Below are positions 13,374-27,360 of a DNA stretch of 64,000 nt, piece by piece. Under the pieces are notes generated by a model. It was not told the DNA's origin, did no database searches, and worked only from the letters and a program-made list of their open reading frames with translations. The stretch covers positions 44,242,949 to 44,306,948 of the forward strand of contig NC_057718.1 in NCBI RefSeq assembly GCF_004010195.1, in the 5' to 3' direction. The stretch comes from Chiloscyllium plagiosum. Lineage: Eukaryota. Numbering within the stretch: position 1 is the first letter of the stretch; each line of letters begins with the position of its first letter. The translations under genes were made by a program, and so were the position numbers.

Positions 13374-13551
13374 CATTCAGGAACCTCGATTATCCAGCAT
13401 TCAATTATCCAAATTCTGGATTATCCGGACAAGATCGCAAGGTCTCAATGCTTGGCTAAATTGCATTATCCACCATTCGATTATCTGAACATTCGATTAT
13501 CTGAACAAAATACTCCCCACCCAAGACAATTGGATAATCGAGGTTCCTTTG
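13374..13551. mobile_element. Tigger/pogo-type (TcMar) MITE
   Basis: TIRs GGAACCTCGATTATCC (13380-13395) and GGATAATCGAGGTTCC (13532-13547); TA flanks; internal repeats of ATTCGATTATCTGAAC. Confidence 0.8.
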
Positions 13552-13689
13552 TACTTTGCATCTCTAGCATCTTTTCATTTAGCATTCCCTTTGTCTTTTG
13601 CTGTAGACATCCTCACCATCTGTTTTACTTGTTCCTCCACACCCTACTATCAACAGTAGAAAAACATCATTTTCAAGCCCCTTACAGTT

Positions 13690-13822
13690 CAAAAGAAAAA
13701 CCGTATTGAACTCAAAAACAATAGCTGCTTATCTTTCTACAGATGCCATCACAGCTGCTGAGTTTCTCCAGAATTTTATGCTTTTATTTCAGATTTTCAG
13801 CATCTGCAGTACTTTGCTTTTG
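13690..13822 (+). mobile_element. Old PLE pLTR fragment
   Basis: TCTACAGATGCC...GCTGCTGAGTTTCTCCAG...TTTCAGATTTTCAGCATCTGCAGTACTTTG matches the 3' end of the other pLTRs in the window. Confidence 0.6.
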
Positions 13823-16437
13823 TTTTACTGTGATTTTGACATTGACTGTAACTTTAATCCAGCACTTTCATTTTGTCAAGCATTGAGGATATTGCATAAG
13901 CCTTTCCCATTGCATTCTGACACTAAGATAGAAAACAAGGTGAAAAAGTATGAGAGCAAATCTGGGAATTAACAGTTTAGTTTGTCCCAAATGGTCCAGC
14001 CAGAATTGAGTCAATGCAGTACACTTGATCAATGATCCATCCATACTTACTTTGTTATCTGCTCGTTGCTTTTTTTCAAAATCTTAACACATTTTAATGT
14101 TTAAGTCAAAGTGAGCAATATGCATGGTTAATGATTGCTGCATTCTGCACATGCATGCAGTTTAGAGAAAATGTGATTGATAAGATTAACAGACAGCATG
14201 TGACAGCTCTGCTGTAAATACCGTGAGGTACGATACAAATTTGTCCTTCTTAGTGAATTTGAAATTACAGGTGTAATACAGCAAAGTACATCTAAGTAAA
14301 TGTATTTTAAAGAAATATTACAGTTATTAGGTGTCCGAGACAAGACCTGTAACTGCAAATGTGTTGATTGATATCTTTATTGTTTCAATGGGCTGGTTCA
14401 ATATAAACTGAATGACCTAATATGTCCGTTTCTTTCCATTCACCCCAGCATCTTGGAACCCTCAATCTTCCCATCCTTAATCTGTCCCAATTTACCTGTT
14501 TAGTGAATTCCAACACTAACATTGTGCAATCATTAAGTGAAGCAAATGTGCTTTCACAAGTAAAATGGTAAATGTCATGTTTTCTGATAAACTATATCTT
14601 CAGCTTGAAAGGTGGCAAAAAGTATGACACAAATCCATGGTCACTAAGCTATTGAGTGCCCTTGCATTTATTTCCACTTTGGAAATGTTTATTGATCCAA
14701 TATTCTACTGCATGATTTAGTTTTTCTTATTGAATGCTATATTACACAAATCAAAATTTTATTGGCACTCCAAAGCTACATGGTTTTCCCATCCTTAAGA
14801 TCACTTATATTAGATGGGCGATTTTAATTGGTTCATAGTTGGATACAGAATGAAAATTCATGCATGCAAAGAGTTCTACTTCCAAAGATGATGGAGAAAT
14901 TATACCTTTCCTTTGTTCAGACTGAACCACACATCAGTCAGTAGATTAAGTAGCACAGATTGCAATCATAAAGGTGGCTCAGACGATTCTGATCTCTCAC
15001 CCAAGATGATTATTCAAAGCGCTTATTACCAAGATGCCATGATATAATTATGTTGGATAAGGCAAAGTAAAATGTGGCACTGGAAATTTTTGGACATCAT
15101 GATAAATATTTGTACCATAGTTACAAAACAAATGCTGCTGTAAAAACAAGAACATTTTACCAGCATTGTGGTTACACATCACACTTATCTTCCAACAGAG
15201 AGAATATCCAAGTGAAAATATTGTTACAGCCATATAAAATCAACAAAAAAAAAACATTATCACACATTAGATACTAGTCACTTAAAGTGTAAAAGGTTTA
15301 AGAACCAAAGGCAATATGTGCACACATTTCTCTGGAAGCTTCCTGTGTTGCCTCTGTACTTCAGCTCACATCAGCTCTTGACAGCTACAGATCAATGCAA
15401 AATTTTGATCATTTTCAGCCTTAGCAGCCTCTTGACCTCTTGACTACGTTTTGAGGTACTTCAAGTAGTTGAATACAATCACAGTAAACTATGTGAAATT
15501 GGTACTGTAGCTGGATCTCCCAGCAGTATGCGGTGACCCTGAGGTCAATACTCTTAGGAGTTGACCCTCCCCAGTGTTTTATGAAGAGATTGGAACAACA
15601 AGACACCACACTGAATAAGTAAGTACAATGCACTAATATGAGTCATTTTTACAGTTACACAATGCTTTATCGTTTTAAATTTTAACCACTTTTTGAGCCA
15701 AAAACAAAAGATCTGTAGTCTTACCACAAATGAAAGTAGAGTAATTATACTTTCCATGTAAGTCTTTTTGAGCAAATATGTTTTATATTTACATGTTTTA
15801 GCCACGGCAATCATAGAATTAGTCATTAACTAATGAATTTGAAAAATCAATTATGAAAGTGAAAATTATCAATTAAATAGCATGGCACCTGCTTTTGGAT
15901 GATAAATGTAAAATGGACTTGGGATAGCGTGATACATTCTGATACTTTCTAAGGGGAGTAATAGAGAAAGATGAATAAGGTTTTTGTGCTGCAACTTCTG
16001 TACCTCAATTCAGAATCTATACAGCTGAAAGTGAAAAAGATATAGGATAGATTAGGCTTCAATATAAACAGGTGATAATCAACTGGATATTTGATAGATC
16101 TGAGTAATTCTGTAAGAGTACTGATATAAATAATTATCCAAGTTCATAACTTTTTAGCAGAGTCGATTTCTTTTATTAAAGCTATAATAAGTTTTCATTA
16201 TCTTTCTGCACTCTCGCTCCACATATTTCAATTGAACTATTTGTTTTGTCACGTTGATGCCAGCAAGATCAGCTATGTAATGTGCAGCAGCCAACACCGA
16301 GTGATACCTCCTGTTGGTAATAACTGGGAGCAGTCAGAAATACCACCGAGACCAAGTTGATTTTTGACTTGCCCATCATTTTGGCAGCTGGCTAATACTG
16401 CAGCATATAAAAACAGCAAGTGGGAACAGAAACAGAA

Positions 16438-16565
16438 CTCTGAAAGAGTCACACTGGATTCAAAACTCTAACTGATTCTCCTTCCACAGAGGTTGCAAGA
16501 TCTGCTGAATTTCTCCAATACTTTTTGTTTTTTATTTCACATTTATAACATCCAGAGTGTTTTGC
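16438..16565 (+). mobile_element. Old PLE pLTR fragment
   Basis: CTCTGAAAGAGTCACACTGGATTCAAAAC...CCACAGAGGTTGCAAGATCTGCTGAATTTCTCCA; decayed hammerhead core. Confidence 0.6.
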
Positions 16566-19500
16566 TATTATACTGTAGCACATTCTCCTTTCTTTAGTAT
16601 CTTCTCGATCTCTACTGCTTTGATTTAAAAACGAAAGATGAATTATATTAATAGCCATGCGCCATCAATATGTTCCTCAATAATTATTGCTATTGGCAAG
16701 TACAGAACAAGTCAAAATATATTACTGCATCTTCCACAAAATTTATTTCATTACCTTGTCGCATCTATTTCTGAATACCAATGGAATGTTCTTTTGGTCA
16801 GAGGAGATGCCAGCAGAGCCTCTTATCTTAAAATATTACCAACTACCATTCCACTGAGACAGTCTATTACAATATGCATGGGTCAGAAATGGCAAATATT
16901 TGCATCCATTTGTGGGCACTACAAGTGCACTTAGATTTCTAACATATCATCATTCACATTTTTGGGACAAATTGCAGCACATGGCATGGTGAGCAGAGCT
17001 TTCTCATGGATGCCGTGAACAGTTGGTGAAAATATGCGGAACAGACAGATTAGGATGTCAAATAGCTGCTCTATACTGCTTTGATGTCAGTAGTGCCATT
17101 TTGGAGTTCAGTGTTCTAATTAACACTTCTGCATCCTCTCATGGTTGAACATGGTTTTGCAAGCCAGAAAGAATCTCCAGCTAGTAGAACCTTTCGAAGA
17201 GATCCTCAACCAGTTCCACATTTGTTGTTGATTGATTTCTTGTGGCTCTTGCTGTAATCCAGCAAGTATTTATTGATTTGTAGTTGTTTCAAGTTTACAA
17301 AAATCTACACAGACTGGTCTTACAGGTGTTCAATGAGATTGTGCTGAAGTCAAGACATCTGCACAAATTGGTTGCTCCCAGGCATGGGTGCTATAGTAAT
17401 CAATCTCCTTGCTATACTACATGACTTCAAGAATTACAGAGGCCATGCAAAAGTGGGACAAGCTATTGGAAGAGGGAGGAGAAGTGAGGGGGATGGTAAA
17501 ACAATTCTCAGTGGAGGCTATATTTGTTCAGGTAATTCAGGGAGCAATTCTACTCTGAACGTCAGCAAGGAACATTATGAGGTTTCTGTGTTTCAGCAAG
17601 GAAACTTTTATTCTTCTTTATTTCTTTCTTTGAAGGAAGACCCATCCAATTGCAAGCCCAACTCATACCTTCACCACAAGTAGGGTAGGAAGGTAAGGCC
17701 CAAATCCACTTGAGTCAGAACTGGGATAGAATCTTATCCAATCTGATCCACACTGGCCACGCAGCTAACTGTGTTAACTGGACCTGCAAGGAGATCGGTT
17801 TCTCTGAATGTATAATTGTAGTCCAGAACTACCAACTGTAATAGTAGATGTTCCAATTTCATTTCTTTCACACTACTGACTGGAAATCATTCCTGCTCCT
17901 ACTACCTCCAATCAACACATGTTGGAAGGATTTTCAAGTTAATGTTTAACTTGTTCATGTTATGAATAACGTTCCACACTTGGGTATTCAAATTTGGAAT
18001 GGTACTTGAGCCCAGAGCTTCTGTTTCAGAAGCAGGGACATTATTCACTGCACCTCAAAAACCTTCTTCAGATGGACATGCTTGCTGAAATCTGCCACCC
18101 ACGTAACTACAACTACAACTTCAAAGGAAAGGAAGGAACACATTGATAGTAGTTGCAAAGGTGGCATTGAAGATTGATCTGTAGGCATCCTTCTTACCAG
18201 CTTCCATTACTCAAGGGACTGATGCCCTCTGTATTCATTCAGAGGTAAATATATTGAATTCTGCCTTGCCCAATCTGAAATAAAACATTGTTAGGATTGC
18301 CGCCTTCCTTACATCTGAGTGTTCAGTAGAATAGATGCCAATATTTGTCATAGCATGCTATAATTTATAGCAGTTTGTTATCAAAAGGGAACAGCCTCTT
18401 ATAATAATCAGCTGAGGAACAGGAGCAATAGATTGCGGATTAAGAAAAAAAAAGAGAAGACGACAAAACCTCTTTCTCCTAGACTGTAGTTGAAGAACTT
18501 AACCGAGTGAAATGTCAGTAAAAGAAACAGCAAATTCCCCAAACACAAACAGTGTCGTACCTTACTTTAGCTCTGCCACTGAAAATTACATGGTCATTTG
18601 ACAGATATGCAAAATTATAAGTCATCGCATAATAAACATTAATAAAGCACAACACAAAATTACTCTGTGTATGAACTAAATAATACTATATTGCATACAG
18701 AAGTCAGAAAATTACTCGTATGGGTTCTTTATCAGTTAATGTCTTCAGTATTCTTTTGCCTGTCTTGGTGCCTTCTACACAGGTTAACCCTAGTGTTTGT
18801 ATATTGGCTGTTTAAATTTCAACTGGCTCAGGAGGATGATATTGAGTAGCTGTGGGCTTAGAAGGCTTGATTGAGGATTCCACTGTCTTGGCCTTGGTGA
18901 AATCAGTCTGGGTTCACTGCCTGACACTGGAGGAGTGGCAGGATATGCTCCATTGAGCTACTACTGCTCCTCCAGATAACATCTCTGGTATTGTAGTAAT
19001 TTCTTGGAGGAAGGATTGCTGGGTTGCTGGGGTACTCGCTGTTTTGGAAACTGCAACCCCAACCATGATGGCAGCAGTGAGATGTTGTATTTATATAACT
19101 TCATATTGAGATATTACTGTATTGCTCAGACATCTTGAGATACTGCTTGTCCAGTAATAGAAGCTGAGACATCAGATGCTCCATCACGGTCAGACACAGA
19201 AGTGTACAAATGGTGTTGGCCACCATAACCAAGATGGAAACGATAGGCTTCAAGCCCTGCACAAAGCTCTCTGCTGTGCTGGTGTTAGAGTCATCCATCT
19301 GTCTCCGAATGAACAGATGCACCAAGCAGCATTCTTCTAAAGGCCACTGAAGCGCTCATCTAAAAACTCTATAGCAGGACTTGTGTGTGGCTTCACCCTT
19401 CAATGAGCTGCAATTTGCACTATTCTTCCCTCCTAGTGGCTGCAGGTCACTCATTGTTGTGCTTTAGGTCAACACATGGAGATCCTGGGCTGTAGTTTCT

Positions 19501-20969
19501 CTTCCAGTGTCTGCACATACAATGTTCCTGAGGTTGCTCATTTCTTACCTCTAAATAAAGCTCTTCAACTCCTTATACACTGAAACACTCTTCAATTTAC
19601 AACTATACTTGGGAGGTTGTCAAGTATAACTCTGTAGTGTAGTTTCTAAGAGGTTTCCCTCTCTTCGCATGTTCATTCGAGACAGATGTCTTCTCCCTTG
19701 CTGATATCAGCATTATATGTTCAGTTATATTATCATGGTTTATATCTCATTGTAGCACAGGTATCTCACCATGTCTGAACTGGTAACTGTGAGTGTGAAA
19801 TCAATGACAAGACATCGTCATCATGATCATCATTGCCTCCTTGCTGTCCCTCCAATGCAGTCTGTTGATATGTGAAAGGGTAAGATCCCCCCAGAAAGGG
19901 AAACATGAAGAGACAATGCTTTACACTATTTAAAACCTGCCTCTGGTCACTAATTAGCTTCACCCCAGGAATATCACAACAAATAAGTATTTCTCACACA
20001 ATGCAGGTTTCTGACCACATTTGAGCCCAATCATGGAGTTTAAAAGCCCACACTGAAATTCCAAACTGTGTCGAATTTAATTGATCAGCATAAGCAAACT
20101 AAAATAAATTGTCTCATAATGGGTGTAGTTTCAGTCCTACTAAATCTGCTGTCACCCAATGATAGGTATATTTAGACCATTATATTTATCTGACATGACC
20201 CCTGACCTGAAAATGTTCGTACATGTACACTCAACACTAATTCAGCTCATTCACTGTTTTGGTGCATCTTAGTGCATATTCATTCATCTTACTGTATCAC
20301 AAAACACACATCAGAAGATTTGTTCTCTAAACTTAAGTGACACAATGTTGAATTGTTATTGCAACTAAAAGTAAAAACATAATTCAAGTAATAATTTTAA
20401 TGATCTTGCAAAGTTATGGCATGACTCTCCTTCTTATTTAAGTACATTTTAGCTCCCCAGTTAACTTGCAGGCTCATTCGATTGAATGGTGTCCTCTTAG
20501 GTTTATTTAATTTTGAAGAAAAAACACAGTACTTTACATGGAAAATACAATAGCATGGTATAACTAGGGTATATTATCTGTGGTGTGAATACAGTGCTAA
20601 GGAATTATCAAAATGTCAATCAAAACTGGGCTACATTTGATTTTATGCTTGTTTGAAAATGCATGCACATATTCTGAGGCAATATTATCTTTACCATGTG
20701 GGCAGCAGTGTGGTGGAATAAACAACCAAATCTTTAGAGAGTCAGCCTATTTTTTTTATTTCACTGAACCTAATGGAAAAAACAATGTAATGATGTCTAT
20801 AAAAGGCAAGCCTACCAGATTTCTGCCCATGCAGTGAAAAGGAAAGTTGGAGATGGGCGTCTATTTATATTTTGCTTCCTGCTTCTATACGTAAGTGATA
20901 TTCTTTTCTAATACCAATGCATTAAATCTAAATGGCATTCAAATGACATGTCAATAATTAAAACATTTA

Positions 20970-21260
20970 GGATCTTGAGGGAACTTGACAGAGTGGTTAT
21001 TGAAAGGATATTGGCTCATGTGGAGAATGTAGAACTAGGGGTCACAGTTTAAAAATAAGGGAGTGCCTATTTAAAACAGAGATGAGGAAACGTTTTTGAG
21101 AGGCTTTGCAGTGGATGCAGAATCTTTAAATGTTTTTATGGCAGAGGTAGATAGATTCTTGATTATGAGGGATGAAAGTTTATTGGGAACATGCAAGAAT
21201 GTACAGCTGACATTAAAATCAGATCAGCCATGATCTTACTGAATGACAGAACATGCTCGT
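20970..21260 (+). mobile_element. Old CR1 3' end fragment
   Basis: AGAACTAGGGGTCACAGTTTAAAAATAAGGG...TTTAAAACAGAGATGAGGAAA...AGATCAGCCATGATCTTACTGAATG, typical of CR1 ORF2 end and 3' UTR. Confidence 0.75.
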
Positions 21261-23379
21261 ATGTACATATGATCATTTGATCCTAATAATTTTGAGTTGC
21301 CCAAGACTGCAGCAAATACAACTCAACACTGCGTGTGAAGGTATTTCTGTAATCCAGTATGGGATCTGGTTTGCACACCCTGAAAAATGTCTCGCAATGA
21401 TTTGGTTGAGGTGAGATAATTGTTAATAATGCAACTTGTATATTTGCCTTTTTGGGTATCATAATGACGTCAACAGAATTGCTCACTAAAACTAACTCTG
21501 CTTTGTTATGGTGAGATTAATAAGTATATAAGCTTATAATTCTTCACAGCACTCTGATTTTTAATAATTAACTGCAGACAAGATGCATTTCCTGAATAGA
21601 TGGTGTGCCATCTCACCACACCAAATATTTTCACAAATGAGTGGCTTTCAATGCCATTTACAAGTCAGGCAATATGTCATTTAGGCAGGGGCAGACTAGG
21701 TAGGGTATCAGCCTTTCGTTTCTGAAGGCTATTACGATACTATTTAGATTTTACAACAACACAATAGCATAATGAGTACATCTTAGCCAAATTGACAGAT
21801 TTCCTAAATTCAGTTCCACAACATATCAGGCTGAAATTTGAACTCTTTGTGGGGTAACTCTAATTTTGACAATAACTTAAAAAGAATGATATAGCTTTCA
21901 CTGCTTGTCACACATCTCTTGTGATTTTCTTTCTTATTCACTCCATTGCACCTGCCCTTGTTAACACCAGGTGAAGACAATGAATATTGATTCCATGGAA
22001 ACCCAGGTTTTGACTGTGCAAATCAGAGATAAGCTCAAATATATTAAAAAAAGGCTCCTAGCTATGTAAAGATTGCAGTCCATCATAGGCCAGGATTGAA
22101 TGCAAACCTGAGATTTTACAACACTGCCCACAGATAGATCTATCTATTGAAGGCATGTTCCATCTACTGCACACTACATATTAAAAGCTTCATTTGCAAC
22201 AAAGCTACTTGCGTTACTTTCAATTATTTGAAAGGATTAGTTTTATTACTTAAATTATTTTGGTGTGTGTGGAGTATACAATATCACATTTAGATTGTCA
22301 CACACATCAGATTCTATCTGCGCTTGATTCTGACATCACTTGTAATTGCTAACAGCAATGTTATGTCCTTCATTATGTTTGTAAGAAAGGATACCAAAAC
22401 TTGTAAGAGTGATCATGGAATCAACACATTTTAATGTATTATCATTTTAATTTCATTGAAAAATATAATTTCAAAGGTATAAATTTGATATATCCTTATT
22501 TCTTAAGGTGTGTATCACATTTTCTTAATGGTTATATAAAGTATCAGTGCAAAATAATAAGAAATAGAATTCAATTTTCTCCTGTTAAAAATCTACTCTT
22601 TCCACCTTCCAAACTGTTGTCAGGTTCTTATGAGCTCAGTCTAACAACAATTAATATCCATTATAGAATCAATTCTGTTATGAATGTCTAACTCTGTCTC
22701 TCACGTCTATGATGAATTAGTGCAGGCTATAAGTTATTGACTGTCTCTCTCTGCAAGTGTTTGATAGTATTGCCATCTAGGGGCAGAGTAGAATTCTCTA
22801 TGCTGAAATAAACTGTAATTAAACATCTGTTGCTATTGACAATGTGCATATGTTTTTCTTTTATAGTCCACATGGTTTCCATATTTCATCTCACAAAAGT
22901 GTCTTTAAATAGCCCAGTGTTCCTGATACTGAAATTGTTTTTCCCTTAATCTATTTATTTTTGATTACTGTTTGTATTTAAGCTTGTGTTATGTTTTGAC
23001 ATTTGCTGTTTTACAGCTGGAATGTGAGCAAACAGGATTAACCATGCATTTTAATTACGTTTTTTTTAACAACTGTTAATCCTTGTACGAATTCTTACAA
23101 CACTATCTCTGTTTCACAACAAAAGTTTCAGTTTATTTCAGATATTAGTAGTCAAAGATGAATGTTTATTTGGTTAAGTGAATTATTTATCTTTGTTACT
23201 AAATATCATGAGCACTGAAGAAAAACCTGGGGCCAATTTTAGTTTAAATCATGAAAGCTTCATGAGAACATGAGAACAAAATGCTGAATTACGGTATTCC
23301 CATTCAGCATTAATCTTCATTAATTTCAACAAAGAATAAAATTGGACAGAGTGTAAAGGGAGGATCACTCTCCTAATTA

Positions 23380-23580
23380 AAGCAAAATATTACAGATGCT
23401 GGAAATCTGACAGGTAAACAGGAAATGTTGGAGAAACTCAGTAGGTTTGACAGCATTTGTGGAGAGAGTAACAGAGTTAATGTTTAAGTCTGATGTGACT
23501 TTTCTTCGGAACTGATGTTCTCTCTCCACAGATATTACCAGACTTGCTGAGATTTTCCGGCATTTTCTGTTTCTGTTTCC
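23380..23580. mobile_element. Palindromic PLE pLTR element (old)
   Basis: GGAAATGTTGGAGAAACTCAGTAGGTTTGACAGCATTTGTGGAGAGAG is inverted relative to CTCTCCACAGATATTACCAGACTTGCTGAG...CATTTTCTG. Confidence 0.7.
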
Positions 23581-24734
23581 CCCTCCATCCTGCTAGGTGA
23601 ATTCTGTGTTAGGTGAATTAAGCTAGTATCACAATCAACCTTGATTCAGCTTTTCTATTGATAGGTGCTGCAAATTCAGTTTAATTTCCATATTAGCGCC
23701 ATTTTTTTTAAAAAATTTGCTTTATCAAAGATAATGCTTGTTTATCAAAAGACATCACTATAGAAACTCTCTTCTCTGTTTTCCAAGTTGGGGAGATGTT
23801 ATGATTGGGAAATCCAGAAGTTCAGGTTTCCCTGAACCCTTAATTCCTGGGGTGTGTTTGAATTTTTGTTTACCTAAACTCCCATCCAACAGTCAGCAGG
23901 ATTGGAAAGCCGGCTGTTTACCTTCCTCTCCAGTCAGAAAGACAGCAAGTAGACTTAGTGGGAAGGAGGAATGTGGAAAGTAAAGAATGGCACATCATGC
24001 TGTGGGGTTTAGGGAAGCAAAGACATTGTGAGTGGGAATGAGTGAAGTCAGTATGAGCTATCAGGGAGATCTGGGGTCCATGACAGCATGGTGCAGAGGT
24101 CGATGATTGAAAGGAGTTTTTTTGTGAGGACACTGCACAGGTGGATCTGCAATAATATTCTTGTATTATCTAAATGAAATACCAAGGAGATGTGTTATTT
24201 ACTGTTTGCTTTAAAATTTCTGGTGACTTATACAGAGATTCCTCCTTCTCCACAAGGTTCCGTCCCTGAAAAGCCCTACGAATGATGAAGTTCCCGAGTG
24301 GGAAGCTCATTAAATTTAGGGTAAGATGGTCAAAAAATATCTCAGTTTTGTGATTTTCGTCCACAGATCTTGATTTTTTTGTTGTTACTTATGTTTTGCA
24401 CAAACTGGCAAATTTGTGATTCACAAGTTTGTGGATACAGAGGGTTTACTGTATACTACTGAACTCATATGCAGCACACAGAATAATCTCCAGACACAGC
24501 CAGTATCCTGAGTATTATCGTGCAGAGCGATGGTGGTCATGTGATAACATCTGGATACAGCTTATTTGCATGTTAAGGTCTTAAAGGGATATCACTCTAA
24601 ATGTGATAAGGCAGAATACCCTTTGTTTCCGAAAATAGTTCCCGTAAACTGCCAGTCAAAACTCTGAAGTGTAACCTGATGACACAGAAACCTTGCTTTG
24701 TTGTTTTATGCTTCAGGGTGAGTGATTTAACAAT

Positions 24735-25870
24735 GTAAACCTTTCAGTCAATGATGCCAGTTGACCTGGAGTAATGGGGAGAGGGCATCAGGTGGTTCAC
24801 AGCCCATTTGACACAAATATCCTTGAAAGTTTTGTCTGTATTCTGTGGCCCATTGTCAGAAATGGTTTCTTCAGGTGCACCAACAGACTGAATATGACAT
24901 TGAGTGCATCTTGAAATATTCTCTATCTATCTGACAATCAAAAAATGAAGAAATAGTAAGTGACTAATATGAGTAATCTTAAATCATAGCAAGTAGTTCA
25001 GGGGCAATGTGGAACTAAGGGGCTGATGGAATCTCATGAGGGAGTAGACATTCTCTTTATTGCTGTGGGTGGTGGTTCTGGCATGTTTTGTAAAACCTCA
25101 CTAAATTTTAAACACACCTGTTAGTTCTACTCAATAGACTGTGTCATGTGCTAATCCACTTTATATGTTCTTGGTGTCTTTGCAGCAATATGTCCTGGTA
25201 GAGAACTTCGGCCTTAAATTCCATTTGAAGATAGCACTTCTCTAGATATTGAGTTATCTCTTTAATCGTGTCAGGGCATCCTTCAATGATAAGTATCCAC
25301 AGTGCTGTCAGTTTCTGGGATGTTAGTCGTTTCCAACTGAAGCTGGTCACAGCTATGCTGACTAAAATATAGTAGATTGATTTTAAGCACCTCTTCCACC
25401 TCAATGTCCATGTTGCCTGTTTGTTGATCATGTGGAATATCTATGGTCTGCTCAGCATACCTGTTTGGAGAAGAATTTGCCTCTTATTAACATGGAATTC
25501 AGTTGCTCTTGTGTTGGGACCTTGTGAGGGATCTCTTCAGGGAGTGAATTAAACATCTTGAATCCACACATACCCTGATTCCACCATCCTTATTTACTGT
25601 ACATGTCATTGAATTACACCAGTCTATGCAGTGATCCACACGGCAGATGATGCCCTGTGTTCCATGTCACCCAGCACATACTTAAGCTTTTCTTGTATGT
25701 GAATGCTGCACATTCTGGGATGGACAATTGATAGACTTGCACCTTCTCTGAGGCAATATATTTGAAACTTCCCATGGTATTGAAACTGTTTGGGTATGAT
25801 CATTGTAAATCCTGAACTGACTCAAAGTGAGTACTCTTGATCTCCTCTGCCACCATGCCACTTTGATGGA
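24735..25870 (-). mobile_element. Gypsy/Ty3 LTR-retrotransposon pol remnant (RT, linker, integrase core), heavily deleted
   Basis: Minus-strand translations: DWCNSMTCTVNKDGGIRVCVDSRCLIHSLKR..HKVPTQEQLNSMLIRGKFFSK (RT N-terminus, ~25465-25650); LWILIIEGCPDTIKE (GWP linker); GAPEETISDNGPQ...KWAVNHLMPSPHYSRSTG (integrase, ~24750-24885). Confidence 0.85.
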
Positions 25871-26002
25871 TAGTCACAATGAAGAATGCCACGCAAGCTG
25901 GAAATCCTGACACTGCATGTCCACTTTTGTCTTTCAGATTCCAAATTTGTGTCCCATGCCAAATTGCAATTGCTATATTGTAATATTGTTGGCATACCAA
26001 TG

Positions 26003-26225
26003 CAAGAGTCAAAAGGTGTGGTGCTGGAGAAAAATACAGCAGGTCAGGCAGCATCTGAGGAGCAGGAGAGTCAATGTGTCAGGAATAAGCCCTTCATCAG
26101 GAATGTCTTATGCCCAAAACGTTGACTCTCCTGCTCTTCAGATGCTGCCTGACCTGCTATGCTTTTCCAGCATCACATGTTTTGACTCTGACTCTCCAGC
26201 ATTTGCAGTCCTCACTTCCTTTCAG
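26003..26225. mobile_element. Palindromic PLE pLTR element with 8-bp TSD
   Basis: Inverted arms CAGCAGGTCAGGCAGCATCTGAGGAGCAGGAGAGTCAA and TTGACTCTCCTGCTCTTCAGATGCTGCCTGACCTGCT. TSD TACCAATG at 25995-26002 and 26226-26233. Confidence 0.85.
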
Positions 26226-26781
26226 TACCAATGGAAGGGATTGGGAATCCATTTTATGCAATGAATTTCAAAGTTGTCAGTTGTACCTTTTCAGTTCCAA
26301 ATGACTCTGGCACATGTCCTTTCAAATTCAGACCGTTAGGAAATTTACACCATCTGCTATGTTAATATAAGTTTTGAGCGTGTTTGCCAGTTTACTTTGA
26401 GCAAATGATGTTAACCATGGCAAAAGCTTCTAAATGAGTAAATTCGTACAAATGTAGGACTGATTCTTACACTTTTTAACATAGTGGAGATATGTCAAGG
26501 TTGGTGCAGTGATTTCCACCATAAGGCCTAGACAGTGTTCTTGATGTATCTCACCAAATTTGCTACATTAATTGGTTTTTACTCTTACGATGAGTGCCAC
26601 ATCTGATTTCTACCATATCTTACCACCCACCATTCCCAGTGCAACTCACCATCCACCAGAGATCCCAGAAAAGGCCGATATCCCTGGCTCTAGAGGCATA
26701 TTGCAAAGACTGCAGGAATATCCGGACAAGTACTGGTCAGTCCCGAACTGCTCTGCATTGTTCCTGACATTTGCCCCAGAC

Positions 26782-27360
26782 ATGGCACAAAGGGGGAAAT
26801 TAGTGCTTGCTTTGTAGGCATCATCTTGGAGGCTCCTGCTGGATGGGATTGTGCACCAACAAGATTTCCTCTTCCCCAAGAGCAACTCATGCCAGTCTGG
26901 TTAGGGGATGCCACCCAGGTTAGAGCAGTCACAACTATCTGGAGAATGCCCAACCCTGCAAAATGAAGGCCAATGTCCTTCTCAACGCCATCAGCTTAAG
27001 TGCCACCATACTTCTTCCATCATCTCACACTCACTGCTACTACACAAACCTTCCAACAAGGTTTACACTCTCCACTCTCACTATTGCCTGCAACATGCTT
27101 GCTCTGATCCATGCCAACCTGTGACAACACTAACCCTGCATACTCCCTGTACAGCGTACCCGCTTCCTCGGGAAACTACCCCACTGGAACCAACAGTAGT
27201 AGCTAAGCCAACTGTGTTCATCTTCCATAATACCTGCCACTCTCAATTTCCAGGATTAAAATAGCACCCAGTAAAACAGAAGAAGTCAAGATGGGTGGTG
27301 TGCCTCCAGTCATTTGGCTCCTCATCTTTTATGAGGAAAGGATCTGGACTCTGACTGCCC
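26782..27360 (+). mobile_element. PIF/Harbinger Myb/SANT-like gene remnant, nested in the Gypsy remnant
   Basis: MAQRGK...LLDGIVHQQDFLFP...VWLGDATQVRAV...CKMKANVLLNA, with frameshifts, fits the Harbinger Myb/SANT pattern. A second block near 27258-27360 (KMGGVP...YEERIWTLT) resembles the KTGGG exon. It starts with the same ATGGCACAAAG as 58380(-). Confidence 0.6.

Noticed and set aside
15415..15625. Exon-like segment bounded by tttcag and gtaagt
   Set aside because: No recognisable protein similarity in the frames I read; splice-like motifs are common by chance.
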